NCBI GenBank assembly: GCA_002104945.1
Contig: MCFH01000014.1
Coordinates: 310,001 to 374,000 of the forward strand
Source: Piromyces finnis finn
Lineage: Eukaryota > Fungi > Neocallimastigomycota
Length of the DNA stretch: 64,000 nucleotides
Direction: 5' to 3'
Shown here in pieces: positions 39,420 to 53,300 of this stretch. The translations under genes were made by a program, and so were the position numbers. Positions within the stretch are counted from its first letter, which is position 1. Every line of letters starts with the position of its first letter. Below the pieces are notes generated by a model. The model ran no database searches. It saw only the letters and a program-made list of their open reading frames with translations, and was not told where the DNA came from.

Positions 39420-40718
39420 ATGAGATTAAGAAGCAAAGTAATATATTTTTTAAATATTTTTTCGACAATTTTAATTCTACCATTGGTAATTGCTGAAAAT
39501 CAAAAATGTCATGTAACCAATGTCGGAACAGGTGTTTGCGTTGATGAGGATCAATGTAAATTAAATGGTAAACAAACTGGCAATGCTAAAGCATATCCAA
39601 AAATTTGTAAACATGACTCGGAAAAGATTAAATGCTGTATAAAAGATGTCGATACACTTACAGATGGAACAATTCTTCCAACAACAGGAAAATGTAAAAA
39701 TATAAATGAAGGTAACTGTTCAGAAGAATCTTACACGAGATATTTAAACCAATGCCCAGGAGATGATGTTGTTCAACTATGTGTTCCAAATACAAATCTA
39801 AATAATAATACAGATATTGATGATGTAAATTTAAATTTAAATGATAACTGTCTTGAAGTTACAGTTAGTCAAATGCTGCCAATGTTAGATCTATCATACA
39901 CAATTGCTGAAGTTACAATAAAATTTATTGAAGCGTATAAAAATTCTAGGCCATCTACATATGATTATATATCTGATTTAGCTATGGCAATTGGCCATTA
40001 TAGAGGAAAGTCTGGAAAAACAGTACCTGCAAGCAATACTCTAATTAATGAAGAAATGAAAAAGAGTTTGAAATACAAAAATATGAAAAAAGAACTAAAA
40101 AAAATAATTAAAGATAAAGTCACAGATGAAAAAATAAAAAATAAAACTGTAATAAGAAATGCAAAAAATTCAGGTAGAGGACTTTGGTGTTTAACGTTAG
40201 GAAGCTATTATGTCAATATTGATTATGCTTTTTATCCAAAATCCGGATGGAACACTGTTAAAATTCATTTTTCAGGATATGACACATGGGATTTTGAACA
40301 CATCAAAAAGGAGAAAGATCAAAATTTTCTTAAAAATTTTTGGAATGGAATAAAAACTGGAATACATAATATTCTTGATGAAGATATTCCAAGTTTTATC
40401 GCAGGAGATGGTAAAACATATGATATTACTTATGATTTTTATGACGAAGTAACTTTTTTTTATGGATACTCACCTTCAGAGTATTTTAATTTTGGGAAAA
40501 GATCTGTAGATGCATCAAGCGAAATATGTAATTTCTACACATTCAAATACATTGATACATACGACTACATTGATGAAGATGATAAAGATGAAAATGATTC
40601 TTCATTAAATAATAATGATGATTCAAACGGAACTGTAAACTTCAAATATATTTCTCTCGCAAATGTATTTATTATTTTAACGTTAGTAATGTTTTGGCAA
40701 ATAAACATTGTATATTAG
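39420..40718 (+). CDS. Secreted protein: signal peptide, two Cys-rich modules, putative colicin M-like domain, KR site and C-terminal hydrophobic (GPI/TM-like) tail
   Basis: Intact intronless 432-aa ORF. Order-conserved motifs AIGHY, LTLGS, GYDTWDFE and GDGKTYDI parallel colicin M ALAHY, YLGNI, YDDKYDFN and FSGKEYQI as recalled from memory. The ORF itself is certain; the domain call is tentative. Confidence 0.6.
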   Translation: MRLRSKVIYFLNIFSTILILPLVIAENQKCHVTNVGTGVCVDEDQCKLNGKQTGNAKAYPKICKHDSEKIKCCIKDVDTLTDGTILPTTGKCKNINEGNCSEESYTRYLNQCPGDDVVQLCVPNTNLNNNTDIDDVNLNLNDNCLEVTVSQMLPMLDLSYTIAEVTIKFIEAYKNSRPSTYDYISDLAMAIGHYRGKSGKTVPASNTLINEEMKKSLKYKNMKKELKKIIKDKVTDEKIKNKTVIRNAKNSGRGLWCLTLGSYYVNIDYAFYPKSGWNTVKIHFSGYDTWDFEHIKKEKDQNFLKNFWNGIKTGIHNILDEDIPSFIAGDGKTYDITYDFYDEVTFFYGYSPSEYFNFGKRSVDASSEICNFYTFKYIDTYDYIDEDDKDENDSSLNNNDDSNGTVNFKYISLANVFIILTLVMFWQINIVY

Positions 40719-42617
40719 AATTCTCCTAATTTACTCAATTTATTAAATTTATTAATTTGATTTTGATCTACTCACTATGTCAATTTACATTCATCATCAT
40801 TTAAAAATCCATATATTCAATTATGTAAATATTCATGAACACATAATTACATATATTTACCAATATTTCATCTTATTTTCAAAAGAACTAGTTTTATTAA
40901 CATTCATAAAATAGCATTATTGTTATTGAAAGCATAGCATACATATTTATTTCAAGTAAATAAATTGTTTGTGAAATATTCAAATACTTTAACTACTACT
41001 ATTTTAATGAGAAAATATTCTTTCCGCCATAGAGGAAAGATAGAACATAAAGAAAATACATAAAATTTATACAATTAGAAACATGAATTAGAATAATTAA
41101 ACATTATTTGATAAGTTTGTATAAAATACCCTATTGTAATGAAATTATGCAATAAACATTGAAACTATCCTTGTGAAAATGTCAATCAATTTCTTTATGA
41201 TAATTTCACTCAAATCAGTATTATATAATTTAATCCAGTATACTATTCTTTGAATTAAATCATTATAACAATACTTTAAGATAATATTTAGCCTCAAAAG
41301 CATTATTTAAATTATTGCTACCTATAAAGCAAATATATTACTGGTCAAATGCTCATCCCGTAGGCTGTTATTGCTAATATACATAGCAAATATTTCAAAT
41401 GAGGTAATTTATTAAAGTTAGAAATGCTTAGCGTGAAATGAGCATATTCTACATATATATATACTTTGAATAACCTAGCGTGAAATGGGTATATTCAATA
41501 ATATTTTAACAACTTATCATGATTTAACTTAGCGTGAAATGAGTTATATTCATAGATAATTATTAATGATGGTTTTAGACCTATATATATTTAATTTGGT
41601 CCCATCAATAACAATGTAGCACCTTCATAGTAAGGGCTCCTTAGATTTAGATGACATTGATTCATCATATTTATTTATTACCAACATTCAAGAATGTTGT
41701 GACGCCGTTTTAAAATATAATTTACGGTGATTTAGTAACCTCATATATAAATCGCCACTTTCAACGTAGTGAGTGATCGCCGACCAATTAGCTAACATTC
41801 TAATTAACCGAGCCGACTTCGATATAATTTAGAAGAACTTTATTCTCTTCAACAATCGATATTTTAAATGTCATTATCTTACAATATTAACTTGTTATAA
41901 TTTTACTGGTATATCTACTTATTTTAATTTGAAGTAAAGAAATACATAATTGAGGAATATTTTATTCATTAGTTTGATATTCACTACATTAAAATATATT
42001 ATCATGAAAATATTATTTCACTATATTTTAAAGGATAAGCAATTGAGAAAAATGAATGAAAACATTAGAATATGTTATTTATTATTTATATAGGTATTAA
42101 TACTTATCGTATATGTTATGGAAAATTATTCATTATTATGAAAATTTGATGCAAAATGAATGAAATTTTATGAAATTTAAATTTCTCTTTTTCAAATCTA
42201 AGTATTTATTACTAAACATCTAGATTTGAGGGGGAAGTAGTGAATATACGAAATTTAAAATTAAAGATAATAATTTTTGTTTCTAGTTAAACATTGGAAA
42301 TAACTAAAACATTGCATAGAAACTAAGGCTTAATAAATAGAATGAATTGAAATTCAAATTGTAAAAATTTATAAGATTCAATATGTAAAAATGAAAAGAA
42401 CAAAATTTCAAATACAAAGTAAAATATTCTTAAATATTATAAGAATAATTAATCAATACAAAAGGCATAAAAGGAAGGAAAAACACCTAAAAGAAAATGT
42501 TAAAATTCAATATACATATACTAAATAACTATTAAGGATTTAATTAAAATTTTACCATTATTAATTAGTATTTACAAATAGATTGAAATACAATTATGCT
42601 AATATTCTAAAGAAAAT

Positions 42618-42925
42618 TGTAATTATAAGGACATAAAACCAGAGAGTTATCCATAGGTTGTCCGAAGAACGTAAAACCAAGAAGATTAACCATAGGTTGT
42701 TAAGAGAACGTAAAACCAAAAAGAGTTATCCATATGTGTTGTCATAAGGACGTAAAATCAAAGGTTAACCATGAGTTGTTAAGAAAACGTAAAACCAAAG
42801 AGGTAAACCATGCGTTGTCATAAGGACGTAAAATCAAAGAGATAAACCATGTGTTATCTATAATTCTGTGTAAATCTCAGAGAGATTACCAATATAGTTT
42901 ATAGGATAATGTAAAACCGGAAGGG
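42618..42925. repeat. Degenerate tandem array of about 8 units of 38-40 bp inside the LTR element
   Basis: Recurrent TTGT...ACGTAAAA(C/T)CAA...(T/A)ACCAT. Confidence 0.85.
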
Positions 42926-44112
42926 TTTTCAATCCTTAATGGATGGTATAACAATTTATGAATATCCAATCCAAATTTTAAACTTTAATACTACCCAATT
43001 ATACAAAGGTTTTCAGTTTATCCATAAAAACGAAGTTATAGGGTAATATTTAAATTCTTTAAAGCAATTAGCGAATAATATATGTGAAATATTTTAAATT
43101 CCAATTAATGAAATATAAAAATTTTAAACATTAGATTTAGTTTATAGTTAATAGTTTAGAAATAATAAAATGCACATATTCACCAGCAAACCAAATTTTA
43201 CTTAGTAGAAAATTAGGTTTGAGGGGGAATGTTAGAATATGTGAAACGTTATGTCACATGTATTCAAATGTATTGAAATGTATTAAAACGTATTTGTATA
43301 TATTGTATTTGATTATATGTTTAAGCCACAATGTAAATGTATAAATACATGTAGTTTTAGAAGAATGTAACGCAAGTAGTTCTTTATCATAAAATATATT
43401 AATAAAGTTGACATAATTATAAACCTAAATTAAACAACTCTTAATATAAACTTTGAAAATTAATTTAAAAAATTTAATTTTGGCTTTTTTTTTTTTTTAA
43501 TATATAAAAATAAATTGATTTTTTGTTATTGTTTTATATTAAAAAATGATATTGAAGCCGCTGTTATGCTTTATTTTTATTATTCATGGAAAGGCTTTTT
43601 TTTTTTTTTAATCTATAAAATAATTATTAAAGTAAAAATAGTTTCATTGCCATATTACTCTATTTATTTTATATGAAATATGTGTTTTTTTTTTTTTTTT
43701 TTTTGAATTCTGTTAGTGTAAAAACAGGATATACAGAATTAAATAATTTTAATTAAAAAATTTATAAATTTTATAAAAGTTTAAAAAAAATTGATGAGTT
43801 TCTAAAAAACGTATTTTAATAATAAAATAATCATTATCAATAACTATATATGTTTATTCCTATTATTTTTTATATACCTTTTTTTCTTTTATACTCTTTT
43901 TTTTTTTTTTTTTTTTTAAATATCTTTAATAATCGTTAGTTTTATTATTTATCGATTTTTTTTTTTATCTGTCACAGGTAAAAATTATTTTAAATAACTA
44001 TTTTATGGTTATACAAAATATTTTCGTGTAACAAACCTCTTTTAATTATACCAAAATTGAACCTTAATTTAGGTATGACAAAATTTCATTTTCTGTTATT
44101 TTATTGGCTTAT

Positions 44113-44790
<678 letters not shown>

Positions 44791-47700
44791 AATACTTATT
44801 AAATAATAATTAATATATAATCGTCATAATATTAAAAATGCATCATTATAATTATTATAAAACCAAGCTTATCATTATAATAATTTTTTAGTTATAATAA
44901 TAATTAAAAAAAAAACTTTTCCCTATTTTTATTTAGTTTCTTTATTAAAATTAAATTCTTTTGTGGATTTCTAATTATTAAATAAACCTTTTTGTTTCAA
45001 CTATTTTCCCAAATAGTTTTAAATTTATTATTATCCGTAGTTTATGTTTTTTTTATTATTATTATGAAACATATAATTATTTTCTTTTCATCTCCACAAC
45101 GCTACTCTTACTATTTATGATATTAAATAAGCTATCTCAAACAACCTATTAAGAAATCCTTTTTTTTTTTATAATAAAAGAATAAACATTTGTTTTTTTA
45201 AATTAACAAATCAATATATATTCCTTTTTTTTTTGTATAAGGAGGTAAATAATCTTTCATAATTGAGTAGTATTAACAGTAATAACAGTAGAAGTGGTGG
45301 CAATGGTAATAGCAACAGCAGCAATAACAATTAATAAATAATAGTTCAATGGAAAAAGAATGATATGAATTTAATGAAATGAAAAAAGTTTATTTTTTAA
45401 TTTATGAATCATTTAATTTATCTAAAAGAATCTCTAATACACCTTCCTTTTATAATTAATTAAAAGTCTCTATTCAATAAAGAAATATTATCATTTTTTT
45501 TAAAAGGTCAAAATACACTATTTTTTTTTTTTAAAAAAGTCATTTTAAAGTTTTTCTTTTAATAAATATTCATTATCATATTATTAATTATTTGATTTCA
45601 TTGGTAAAAGTACATTTAATTAATATAATTTAAATAACTATTTTTTTTTACTTTATTTTATTTTGAAAAAGAAATAAATAATAAAGGTTTATTGAATAAA
45701 TAAAAAATTCAAAATAAATATGGGTATATTGATTGTGATAGTAAACTATTTATTATAATTAATTAATTATAAAATTCAATTAAGATACCATAAAATGTCT
45801 AAAAAAAAAAAGGTTTAATGGGTTATAGTGAAAGAGTGATGTATGTAATATTAATTAATTGATATTTATATATTTAAAATAAATAAAAGTAAATATTAGC
45901 ATTTTATTGTAGTTATATTTATAAGTATGACAATAATATTCTAATATACATTAATAGGTAATTAAATCTATCCATCTTTGTTTGTTAATGTCTATTTTGT
46001 TGATTTATTTCTTTTTAGAATTGTGGATTTAAAAATAGTATGAATTCTATACAGTATGCATAATAGAAATAATAATGTGTATTTGACGAACGCATACATT
46101 ATTTTTTTTTCTACCTTGCTTCATAGCATCCTTCCTTTGCTTGCCTACTATTTAAAGATTTCAATATTTAAAAAAATGTAGCATTTTAATAACTTCCTTT
46201 TATGGAAAGTTTTTTAGTATTAAAGTTTATATGATAATAAACAATATGAGTAATGATTAATTATAAACTTTAATTAATAATAAAATGCATAGAAAGATAA
46301 TGTTTAATTAAAATTAATTTTTAGATTCAAAATATACTTTAATTACAATTCATTCATATATTATTTCATATATTAATTTAAATTGAATTTAATTCAATGG
46401 AATATGACAATTTGGTATGACAAAGTGATTCAAAATTAAACTTTTAAAAAAAAATGGATCATTTTGAATAGGATAAAAAAAGATGGAGATGAGGAGGGAT
46501 GGAAGGTCATTTTTAGGTGGAGAGATTATTTTAGGAATAAGAGAAGAGGAAACTTTATAAAGATGTAAAGGAAGCATAATACATAATGGAATGAATAACT
46601 AAATGAATGAATGAATAGTTGAATGAATGATTAAATAAACATATATAAATAAATAAATAAATAAATAAAAATGATATATTGTATTTCTATAATTTAATTA
46701 ATAATGCATTCTTAATAAGAAACCTTACATATACAGAATAAACAAATGTAAGTATAGATGCATTATTTTCAATAGATATAATAATACAATACCAAACCTT
46801 TATTAACCTTCAAGAGGTTTGAGAAGGAAACTAAAGATGATTATTTGCTTTTTTTTTAGTAAAGTTGATATGATATTCTTTTACTTTTTTTTTCTTTTCT
46901 TTTAGGATTAATCCAATTTTCATTTTTTTTAATTGTGGTGTTTTTTTTTTTAAATTTCTTTTGTTTCAAAAAAGGTTGTACAATGCAATTAAAGGTATGA
47001 TCGCCTCTCTTGTGATACCATATTTATTTTGTTTAATCTTTAAATAATAACATATCTTAATGATCAGCCACAATCTATTTAGTGATGAAACATAGCATAA
47101 AACTTTTAATTAGGCATAATAATAGTAATATGAAAAACAACACCCTATAAAAAGGTCCACAGGTTCATTTTATTTTTTATATAATACCTATTATACATGT
47201 TTTTAGGCATAGAGGTATAAAAAGAAAAATGGATCAGCCATGCCTACATATAACTGAAATTTTAGAGTGGATGGCTAAATAATTTTCTTTATTAAATTTA
47301 AAAAACTTTTTTTTTTTTTATTTGATGATAAACCAGTAAAGCAGTAAAGCAACAATACTCTGCCCAACAACATTCAATTTCTAAAATGCTATTTTTTTAA
47401 GCAAAAGTTTTTCCCATCTTTTTTTTTTTTTTACCCAAAGTTCTGCCTGTTTTTTTTTTCAGACTCATCTATTCCAATATATTATTATAATATATTGGAT
47501 TAAATTCCATTTCAATTCAATTACTTTTTATTATTTCTGTTTCAAAACTATAAAAAATGAAATGACTCTAAAGTTTAATTTTAATATAATAAATTTAATT
47601 AAATAAATATATTACAATATACTGTAATATATTTATATAAAAGTATTCATTTTATTATTCATTTTATAGAAAGCCTACTGAAGAATTAATTAAAAAGCAT

Positions 47701-48717
47701 ATATTACATATTATTAAAATATATGATACTACATATAATAGAATGTATTCATATTATATCAGATGTATTGAATTGTAGGAAATAAAATAAGTTTAATTAA
47801 TACGAATAAAGATATATTTATTTTCTATTTAATATATTATATTTCATCATTAATTAGATTATATTCTAATATAAAGAGATATATATCATTGAATCGTATT
47901 TAATAGGAATCAATGCAAAACATTCCATAAAATTTAAATATTAAATTTTCTTGGTTGTCTTTTTTTTTTTTTTTTTTGGTAGGAAGAAGGAAGGTAAAAA
48001 AAGTATACCCAGAATCTACCAGCAACAATAATTTAAAGCGATGCTTGGGAAAAAAGCAAAGTTATAAAAGAGTTGAACAAATCAAAATTCCTTATTCAGA
48101 TCATCATCACTAAAAGTAATTGATTCTATGATGATTTAGGATGGTAATGAAAGAAATAAAAGGATCGTATTATAAGAGGTAAAGATGGTAAAGATTCTAT
48201 TGCCACATTAATGAATTCCATCCTAATTTATATACCGAAGAAGAATGATTTAGAATGATTATCCTTTACTTTTTTTAATCAGATTTGGTAAAAGTTGTGT
48301 ATTTTGGTATGAAATACCTTTTTATTATTTATGTTTTCTTTTTATCCATAATAATTATGTAATGGCCATTTTATTTCTTTTTTCTTTTTTTTTTTTTTTT
48401 TTGGATCTCTCTCTTTTTTTTTTTTTTAAAATATCACCACATTCATGGTTGTCTTTCTTTTTCCCTTAACATCTTTTAATTTATTTTTTTATTAATAAAT
48501 TTTATTTGATATAAAAATTTAGTTTTTATTAATTAATTTTAAAAAAAGGAAAAAATTAAAATTTTAAAAAAAAATAAATAGAAAAATAAAAAAATTTAAA
48601 TAAATTTTAATTTAAAAAAAATCCTCTTTTTTTCTCTTTTTTTTTTTTTTTTTTTTAAAAAGTAAAAATTCCTCTTTTTTTTAAAGAAAAAAAATAAAAA
48701 AGATTTCAACTAAATTT

Positions 48718-48752
<35 letters not shown>

Positions 48753-50380
48753 AGAGAAAAAAAAGAGAAAATAATTATTAAATAATAATAATAATAATAA
48801 AAAGGAAAGAATAATTGGTATATTCAATGCTTTTTTAATTTAGTATAAAATTGGTCTTTTTTTTTATTTTCTTTTTTTTTAAAAAAAAAAAGTCTTTTCA
48901 ATAAATATTTTTTTTTTTATTATTATTATTTCATTTTAATAATAATATATATTATTGTTAGAATTGTAATAGACAACACAACACTCACTGTCTATAAAGA
49001 ATATTTTTTATTGTTAAAAAAAAAATAGATAAATATTTTAATTTTTTTTAAAACAAAAAAAAAAAACAAAAAAGGTAAAATTGCGAAATTAAAAACAATT
49101 ATATAAAACATTAATTTTCAATAAATATTATTTCTTTTCTTTTTGAATGAAAGTTTGGTGAAACTAAAAACATATAGTTATTTGTTTATTTGAATATATA
49201 TATATGTATAAACAATTGAAAAGGAAATAATATTTTTTTTTTTTTTTTTGTAGTTTTTTAAACATTTTTATTTTGAGTAGAAAAAAAAATTGTAAAAAAA
49301 AATTGTAAAAAAAAAAAAAAAAAAATACGAAAAGAACAAAGACAAAAACAAATTAATATAGTATTTTCTTTTTTAAAAAAAGGATATATATAATGCACAA
49401 TATAATGGTTAATGTATTTATATACAAATACTTTCTATATTAAACTTTTAAATATCTATTACATGAAGGTATTACACATATTTTATAAAAGATAACAACA
49501 ATAGTCATTAATACAAAATTTATTGTATACTCATTTTTGAAAATAAAAACTAATTTTAAACTTTTTATATATATATTTTTTTATAACAAATATAAAATAA
49601 ACTTTTTTATAAAGATTTATAATATTACTTGATACAATAAAAAAAAATAAAAACGATAAAAAATAGTTGAGATTTTATAGTATATCATTTCTATATAGCG
49701 ACCGTTATCTAGCAATATCAAATATATATAATAATTAAGAAATATTTATATAATTTTATAATTGAAAAAAAAAGACAGTAATTTACACTACAAATTATCA
49801 AAAAAAAAAAAAAAAAAAAAAAAAAGAAATTCATTAATAAATAAAAAAAAAGACTTTTGTAAGTAGAAGAAGAAGAGAAAAGAATTTTTTTAAAATAGTA
49901 ATAGTAATTAAAACTATAGTATTTAAAGTAGTAACAACAACAACAACAACAAAACTTAAGAGTGACAACAAAAATATAGTTAGTTAATAATAATTGGGGT
50001 TTAAATTATAATATATTCCTTTTTTTTTTAATAACATTTGTACAGTATTTTTTTTTTTTTAAAAAAAATTAGATAAATCATAGTATAATATAATAATTAT
50101 TATATAAAACTATTTTCCAAACCATTAGATTTAATATTATAATATTGTTTCTAAATTGGAAAGTGTAAATTAAATATCATCTTAATAATTATATTAACTT
50201 TTAGTTGGGATAATATTTTTTTTTTTTTTTCTTGAACTCGAACAAATTGTATATTACGAATTGTCAAGAAAAGAAAATAAAAAAAATATATATTAAATCT
50301 GAGGATAATTATTAATAAAAAAATATATAAATAAAATTTGAGGATAATTAATAATAATATAAATATAAAATTATAAAATT

Positions 50381-53300
50381 ATGTATTCAGCATCGTTAAG
50401 TCAACCAGAATCTTTAAAACAAAATGATGAGGATGATAGTTTTGGAGGTTCATTCAGTTTAAGTCAACCAAATTTAACATTAAATTCTTATTTGACTTCC
50501 CCTGATTACTCACCAAGATTATCATCCTTTCAATCCAATATCCGATCACCACCAGCAATAATGATGACATCTCTCAATGGACCTAAATCTTTTAATAATA
50601 ATGAAAATAATACATTACAAAATAGGAACCATGATGGTAACTCATTTTCATCATCAAAAGTGATATCAATAGATAATTTTAAGCATTCTAATTATTATGT
50701 TTCTCCAATTACCACACCAAAAATAGTATCTCCTGTATTAAGTAATGATGCTTTGGATTCATTTTCTCCATCCATAAAGTATTATCCTTTGTCCCCAGAT
50801 CATCCTGGAAGAAAAAATAGTTCATATGAAAAAAGAGGTAGAAAAAAGTCAGTTGTTCACGCTCTTGAAAATATTATTGAACCCAATCATCAACTTGATC
50901 CTGTACAAAATGAAATAAAAAAATCAAAGTATGAACGGAATTTTGATGAATATCAACTTGGAAATAATAAAAAGTGCAAGGTTCTTTATGAAGGTCAATT
51001 TAATCGTTGGATTGAAGAAGATCCCTATTCTATTTATTCTGATGATGTCATTCGTTTCTCAACAAAACCTTCCTCAACCATTGAACAACGTAATGATCTT
51101 TCTTTTGAAAGAATTGTCAGCCAAAATAATAATGGTTACTGGCAAAAAAATAATTTTTTAATCACCAAAAATGAAATCATTCTTTTCCCTAATGGTAAAT
51201 GGGATAATCGAGTGGTGGAGGTCATGACCATCACAGATGATATTAATATTTCCATTTCTAGTATTCTTATTGCAAGATTGGAATGGATCATTGAAGTAAA
51301 AACAATTGAAAGTAATGTATATACCCAAAGTAATTTCATCTATCAGACCAGTCAAGCCCATCATCATGAAAAGGAGGCCAAATCAAATCATGGTGATAGT
51401 GTAGAATCTAAAATGAATAAGGATGCTAAATTAGGAAGTGAAAAAAATAGCAATAAAACCAATAATGCTTCTACCACTTCTAATTCATCTCGTTCCGTTC
51501 AATGGATTCTTAAATTTTATGATCGTGAATCCATGCTTTACTTTATCTCCCTCATAAAATACATTCAAACTAAAAAAAGTAATAGATTAGCAAATGAAGA
51601 AAAACAGGCATGGGATATCCTAGAAAGTGATATCAGTAGTTTTAGTAGTAGTGAAGATAATGAGGAAAAACATGCTGCTCTAACAAAATCAATGTTTAGT
51701 TCCTTGCCTTTGGAAACAAAGCCAACAAACAAATTTGAAACTGCCTTTTTACCAACATTTAATTATGCCACCGGTTTTTCTTTCAATTCAAATGAACTTG
51801 GCCAAAATTCACATCCACCTCGTCGTGAAAGAACTTCATCTCTTGGGGAACATTACTATAATCCAGGTCTTGAAAGAAAGGGTAGTACAAAAAAGACAAG
51901 TCCTTTTTCACCCGTTTTAGAAACAAAGGGTGAATATTCTGAGTTTAATCTTAGAAACAAGTCTACCACCTATCTCAAGAGTCAACAACAACAACAACAA
52001 CAACAACCAAACCATGAAGAAAAACGAACAACCAAAGATTTAGATAAAAAAGGTTTAGAAGCTCTCACTAATGATGTTAATGCTCTATTGAAAGATTCCA
52101 TTCAAAAAGCAGAACTAGAAATTATGAAACTTCAGAACTGGAGTAATAATAGGCCTCATTCATCTATTAATAATGGAGTAGGATCCACTTCTGTCATTAA
52201 AGAAGAAGAAGAAAAAGAAGAAAAAGAGGCGGAAGAAGAAAAAAAAGAAAATAGAGGAAGCGAAGGAGAAAAAGAAGAAAAAGAAAAACACGGCAATAAA
52301 TCATTGAGTTCACCGAAAACAAATTGGCAGGGTTCAAGAGATAGAACCGATAGAACTAGAAGATCAAAGATTAATAATTGGAATCCTAATTCAAGCGCTG
52401 CAATTTTTACCAACATTCAACTCTCTTATTTAGATATGTTGGAAAACAAAGCAAAGAATAAGATTATCAAGCTTAATAAAAGCTCAACCGCAACTTCAAA
52501 AGATACTACGGTTCAAACCAAATCGACCAACACCGAAAATCCTATAACAGAAGAAGAAAGCAATAGTAAAACAGAAAATTCAAAGTTAAAAACCTATTCT
52601 GTTCCACCCCAAAGACATCGTCGTAGTAGTTCTCTTACCCAAACTTTTATAAAGGATAATGAATTCATCGCCAGAAGAAGGGATAGTTTTTCTGCTGGAA
52701 GTAAAATTCATCCTATGGCTCTTCCACTTTCTTCCCCATCCTCAAAGTATAATTCCATTTCTACAGACCTCACCGGTATATCGGATGGTTCTTCTAGCAA
52801 TATTTTAAGAAAAGGTAGCTTAACAGGAATGAGTAATAATTCTAGTTTCTATTCACCTCGTTCTTCTTCCCTTTTCATGGACGATATTAACATTTTACAA
52901 AAGAATAGTCAAAAGAGAATATCTGGTGTATTTAGCCCAGATATGAAATCCAATTCCATGTTAAGCGCCTCGGCTGGCTCAGAAATACCGGTGGTAGATC
53001 AAAAATCATTAAATAATGACTTTAATTTATTCCAATATGGCATATCCTCTAATGATAGTGATGGTCCTATTCAGCGTCATTCAATTCAATCCAATGGCAG
53101 TCATAATTCCTTAGATAGTAGTGGTGAAGCTATCGGTTATAGTACTTCGAAATCAACACCTGATGTTGGTCAAGTCTTGACGGTATTACAAAAAAATGGT
53201 TTAGAAGGGATTGATTTACCTATTCCTCCAATAAAGGAAGATGATTATTCCACCCCATCTACTGGTGTTAAAAATACCATCACTCCTCCAAGACGTTCTT

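Larger units (their letters stand above)
38540..43446 (+). mobile_element. Non-autonomous copia-like LTR retroelement carrying a cargo gene
   Basis: Identical 217-bp LTRs at 38540-38756 and 43230-43446 (TGTTAGA...TCTTAATA). 5-bp TSD TAAAC at 38535-38539 and 43447-43451. Polypurine tract GAGGGGGAA directly before the 3' LTR. PBS-like GATTAAGAGTCTC after the 5' LTR. No gag/pol ORF. Confidence 0.92.

Noticed and set aside
41427-42925. CRISPR array
   Set aside because: Eukaryotic locus with no cas genes. Units are degenerate, and the larger array has no unique spacers.
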